64,000 nucleotides of DNA from Promethearchaeota archaeon (GTDB taxonomy: Archaea; Asgardarchaeota; Lokiarchaeia; Sigyniarchaeales; SOKP01): positions 1 to 64,000 of the forward strand of contig JAUVXW010000017.1 of the NCBI GenBank assembly GCA_030603385.1, written 5' to 3'. The number at the start of each line of letters is the position of its first letter. Positions within the stretch are counted from its first letter, which is position 1. Both the position numbers and the translations under genes were made by a program. The notes beneath the pieces are model-generated. The model saw nothing but the letters and a program-made list of their open reading frames with translations. It was not told the DNA's origin and did not search any database. Positions 62,172 to 64,000 of the stretch are shown here, in pieces.

Positions 62172-62315
62172 ATGGGAACTAATCATGATGGAAAACGCAA
62201 TGGCTGGAGATATAAAAGCAATTCTGTAAAAAATAATATTGAAAATAATGAATATATCAAAAATGTCCGAAAGAAACTGATTGAAGAAAAACTTAAAAAA
62301 AAATTTGAGAAATAG
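62172..62315 (+). CDS. Putative small basic protein (47 aa)
   Basis: MGTNHDGKRNGWRYKSNSVKNNIENNEYIKNVRKKLIEEKLKKKFEK; below the track cutoff; GAGGT lies upstream. Confidence 0.4.
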   Translation: MGTNHDGKRNGWRYKSNSVKNNIENNEYIKNVRKKLIEEKLKKKFEK

Positions 62316-62497
62316 CCTATTTCTTATATTTATTTCTGATAGTTTAGTAAATATAACTCTAAAATATTAGGAGATTATAAATAGTAATTAATTTCTTCCT
62401 AATTTCTGTTATTTAATAAATCGAACATTCTTATAGCTTAATTTTTTAGATCTTATTGAATGTAGCACAAACCTTTCCTAAATCAGGTTTATAAATT

Positions 62498-62665
62498 ATG
62501 ATAAAAGATGATAGGTCTGCATATGACTGCTTGAGCTGGAATTGCTGTGATGATCATTTAAAATCTTGTATTGAAAGATCAAAGTATGTAAGCCAAATTC
62601 GAACTTGTTTAAAGAAAAGAAAGTTAACTAACAAGCAAAAAAGATGTTTAAACAAGAAGTATTAA
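62498..62665 (+). CDS. Putative small Cys-rich basic protein (55 aa)
   Basis: [55 protein letters not shown]; its stop overlaps the pcm stop (TTAA). Confidence 0.4.
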   Translation: MIKDDRSAYDCLSWNCCDDHLKSCIERSKYVSQIRTCLKKRKLTNKQKRCLNKKY

Positions 62666-63345
62666 GATTCAAATCCATATTTTCCTATTAATGGCACAAA
62701 TCGAACCCCAGTAATCCTTTTTGTATTATAATCTTCCCCATGCTTTTTAATGATATACAAATCTTGACCAAAACCCTTAGATCCTGCAGGAATACAAAGA
62801 ATGCCTCCGTCTTTTAGTTGTTTTCGTAACGGTGGTGGTATTTTTTTAGGTGAAGCTGCAGTTACTAAAATTTTATCATAAGGAGCTTCTTCGGGATATC
62901 CTAAGGAACCATCACCAAGTATTACTGTAACTCTGTTATCGTAACCTGTTTCTTTAAGATTAACCTTTGCTTTTTTAACTAAATCTTCATGGCGCTCAAT
63001 TGTATACACATGACCAGGATTAGTTGAGTTTTTTGGAGCAACCAGCTCAGCACATAGTGCAGCATGATATCCTGAACCAGTTCCGACCTCTAAAACTTTA
63101 TCTCCAACCTCCAATTTAAGATATTCACACATCATAGCATTCATGTGAGGGGCACTAATCGTCTGACCTGATCCAATCGATAAAGGTGAATCTATGTAAG
63201 CAGAAGATTCAGCATCTTTGGGAACAAAAACGTGTCTGGGGACTTTCAGCATTGCTCTAATTACTTCTGGTTTAGTCAATACAGGATAATCGCGATTTTT
63301 TAAGTTATTGACTAACTTCTTCCTTTTTTCTTCGAAATTCATCAA
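62662..63345 (-). CDS. pcm: Protein-L-isoaspartate O-methyltransferase
   Basis: [49 protein letters not shown]. Confidence 0.96.
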   Translation of the reverse strand: MMNFEEKRKKLVNNLKNRDYPVLTKPEVIRAMLKVPRHVFVPKDAESSAYIDSPLSIGSGQTISAPHMNAMMCEYLKLEVGDKVLEVGTGSGYHAALCAELVAPKNSTNPGHVYTIERHEDLVKKAKVNLKETGYDNRVTVILGDGSLGYPEEAPYDKILVTAASPKKIPPPLRKQLKDGGILCIPAGSKGFGQDLYIIKKHGEDYNTKRITGVRFVPLIGKYGFES

Positions 63346-63348
63346 AGA

Positions 63349-63999
63349 TCACACTTTAGAATTCTTAGATAAAATATAAATTTTATCGTTTATTTTTACT
63401 TCATTATTCAAGCGTAAATTAATCCTAACTGGAGTACCATACCTTTTTCTTGTTATACTTTTAACTTTTTCACCTTTATAGATCATCTTCTTTATTGTCT
63501 CAATCATATATGTAGTGGGACCTATAATAATAATTTCATTCCCTAACATTAAAGGATCATCTAAGCTTTCTAGTAAAACATTAGCAGATTTACTGTTTTC
63601 ATCGTAAGAAAGAATTTTTCCTAGATATGATTTCTTATAGGCAGAAATGTTACCTCTCTTTTCTAATTCAATTTCTTTTACAGTTGGTCTATGAAAATAA
63701 AATCCCGTATGAAAACCACGATTAAATACCTTTGAAAGTCTTTCGAGCCAACTTCTTACTTTTTCCTCAGAATAGGTATTCTCATAAAAACAATCTAAGG
63801 CTTCTTTATAGCACTGAGCTACAGTCTTTATATAGACGGGATCCTTCATTCTCCCCTCTATCTTGAAGGCATCAATATTCGCATCAATTAATTCAGGAAT
63901 GTATTCTATCATACACAAATCTTTCGCATTTAAGAACAATTGACCGTCATAAATAAATTCATTACTCTCATCATCGAATACTCTCCATGCTCTTCTACA
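63349..63999 (-). CDS. U32 family protein (RNA-hydroxylation / 'collagenase-like'), C-terminal part; starts beyond the window
   Basis: Frame is open to the window end: CRRAW...NAKDLCMI, FKIEGRMK, FNRGFHTGFY. Confidence 0.88.
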   Translation of the reverse strand, partial: CRRAWRVFDDESNEFIYDGQLFLNAKDLCMIEYIPELIDANIDAFKIEGRMKDPVYIKTVAQCYKEALDCFYENTYSEEKVRSWLERLSKVFNRGFHTGFYFHRPTVKEIELEKRGNISAYKKSYLGKILSYDENSKSANVLLESLDDPLMLGNEIIIIGPTTYMIETIKKMIYKGEKVKSITRKRYGTPVRINLRLNNEVKINDKIYILSKNSKV

Positions 64000-64000
64000 A

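Noticed and set aside
1-64000. tRNA, rRNA, CRISPR arrays, transposases, integrases and defence systems
   Set aside because: No GC-rich structured RNA-like segment, regularly spaced repeat or mobile-element/defence protein motif was found by eye; a covariance-model search was not run.

Overview
AT-rich archaeal chromosomal window, most likely an Asgard archaeon of the Lokiarchaeia type. That assignment is an inference from Alba, RadA, EndA, CdhA and the A/V-ATPase occurring together with several eukaryotic-signature-like proteins: two small-GTPase fusions, a V4R/BET3-like protein, a VWA-RING-RING protein and a SNAP/TPR-like protein. Contents, in order: a 2-hydroxyacyl-CoA dehydratase cluster with one gene split at an A12 run; a complete A/V-type ATPase operon (K-C-H/G-F-E-A-B-D-I) followed by a second subunit A whose GERGNE motif reads GEPGNE; endA, MEMO1/AmrB, tandem OsmC and radA; a glycogen-type cluster (degenerate phosphohexomutase, two GH57 branching enzymes, NDP-sugar pyrophosphorylase, GalT-like protein); a tandem-M23 surface protein; GTPase/ESP genes; an orphan cdhA; maltokinase with a GH57 glucanotransferase; pcm; and a partial U32 gene. 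No rRNA, tRNA, CRISPR array or mobile element was seen. The strongest pattern not captured by the ORF track is that at least seven genes appear to initiate at near-cognate codons (ACG, ATT, ATC, ATA) placed 6-8 nt after a Shine-Dalgarno motif. All functional calls come from reading motifs by eye; no database searches were run.
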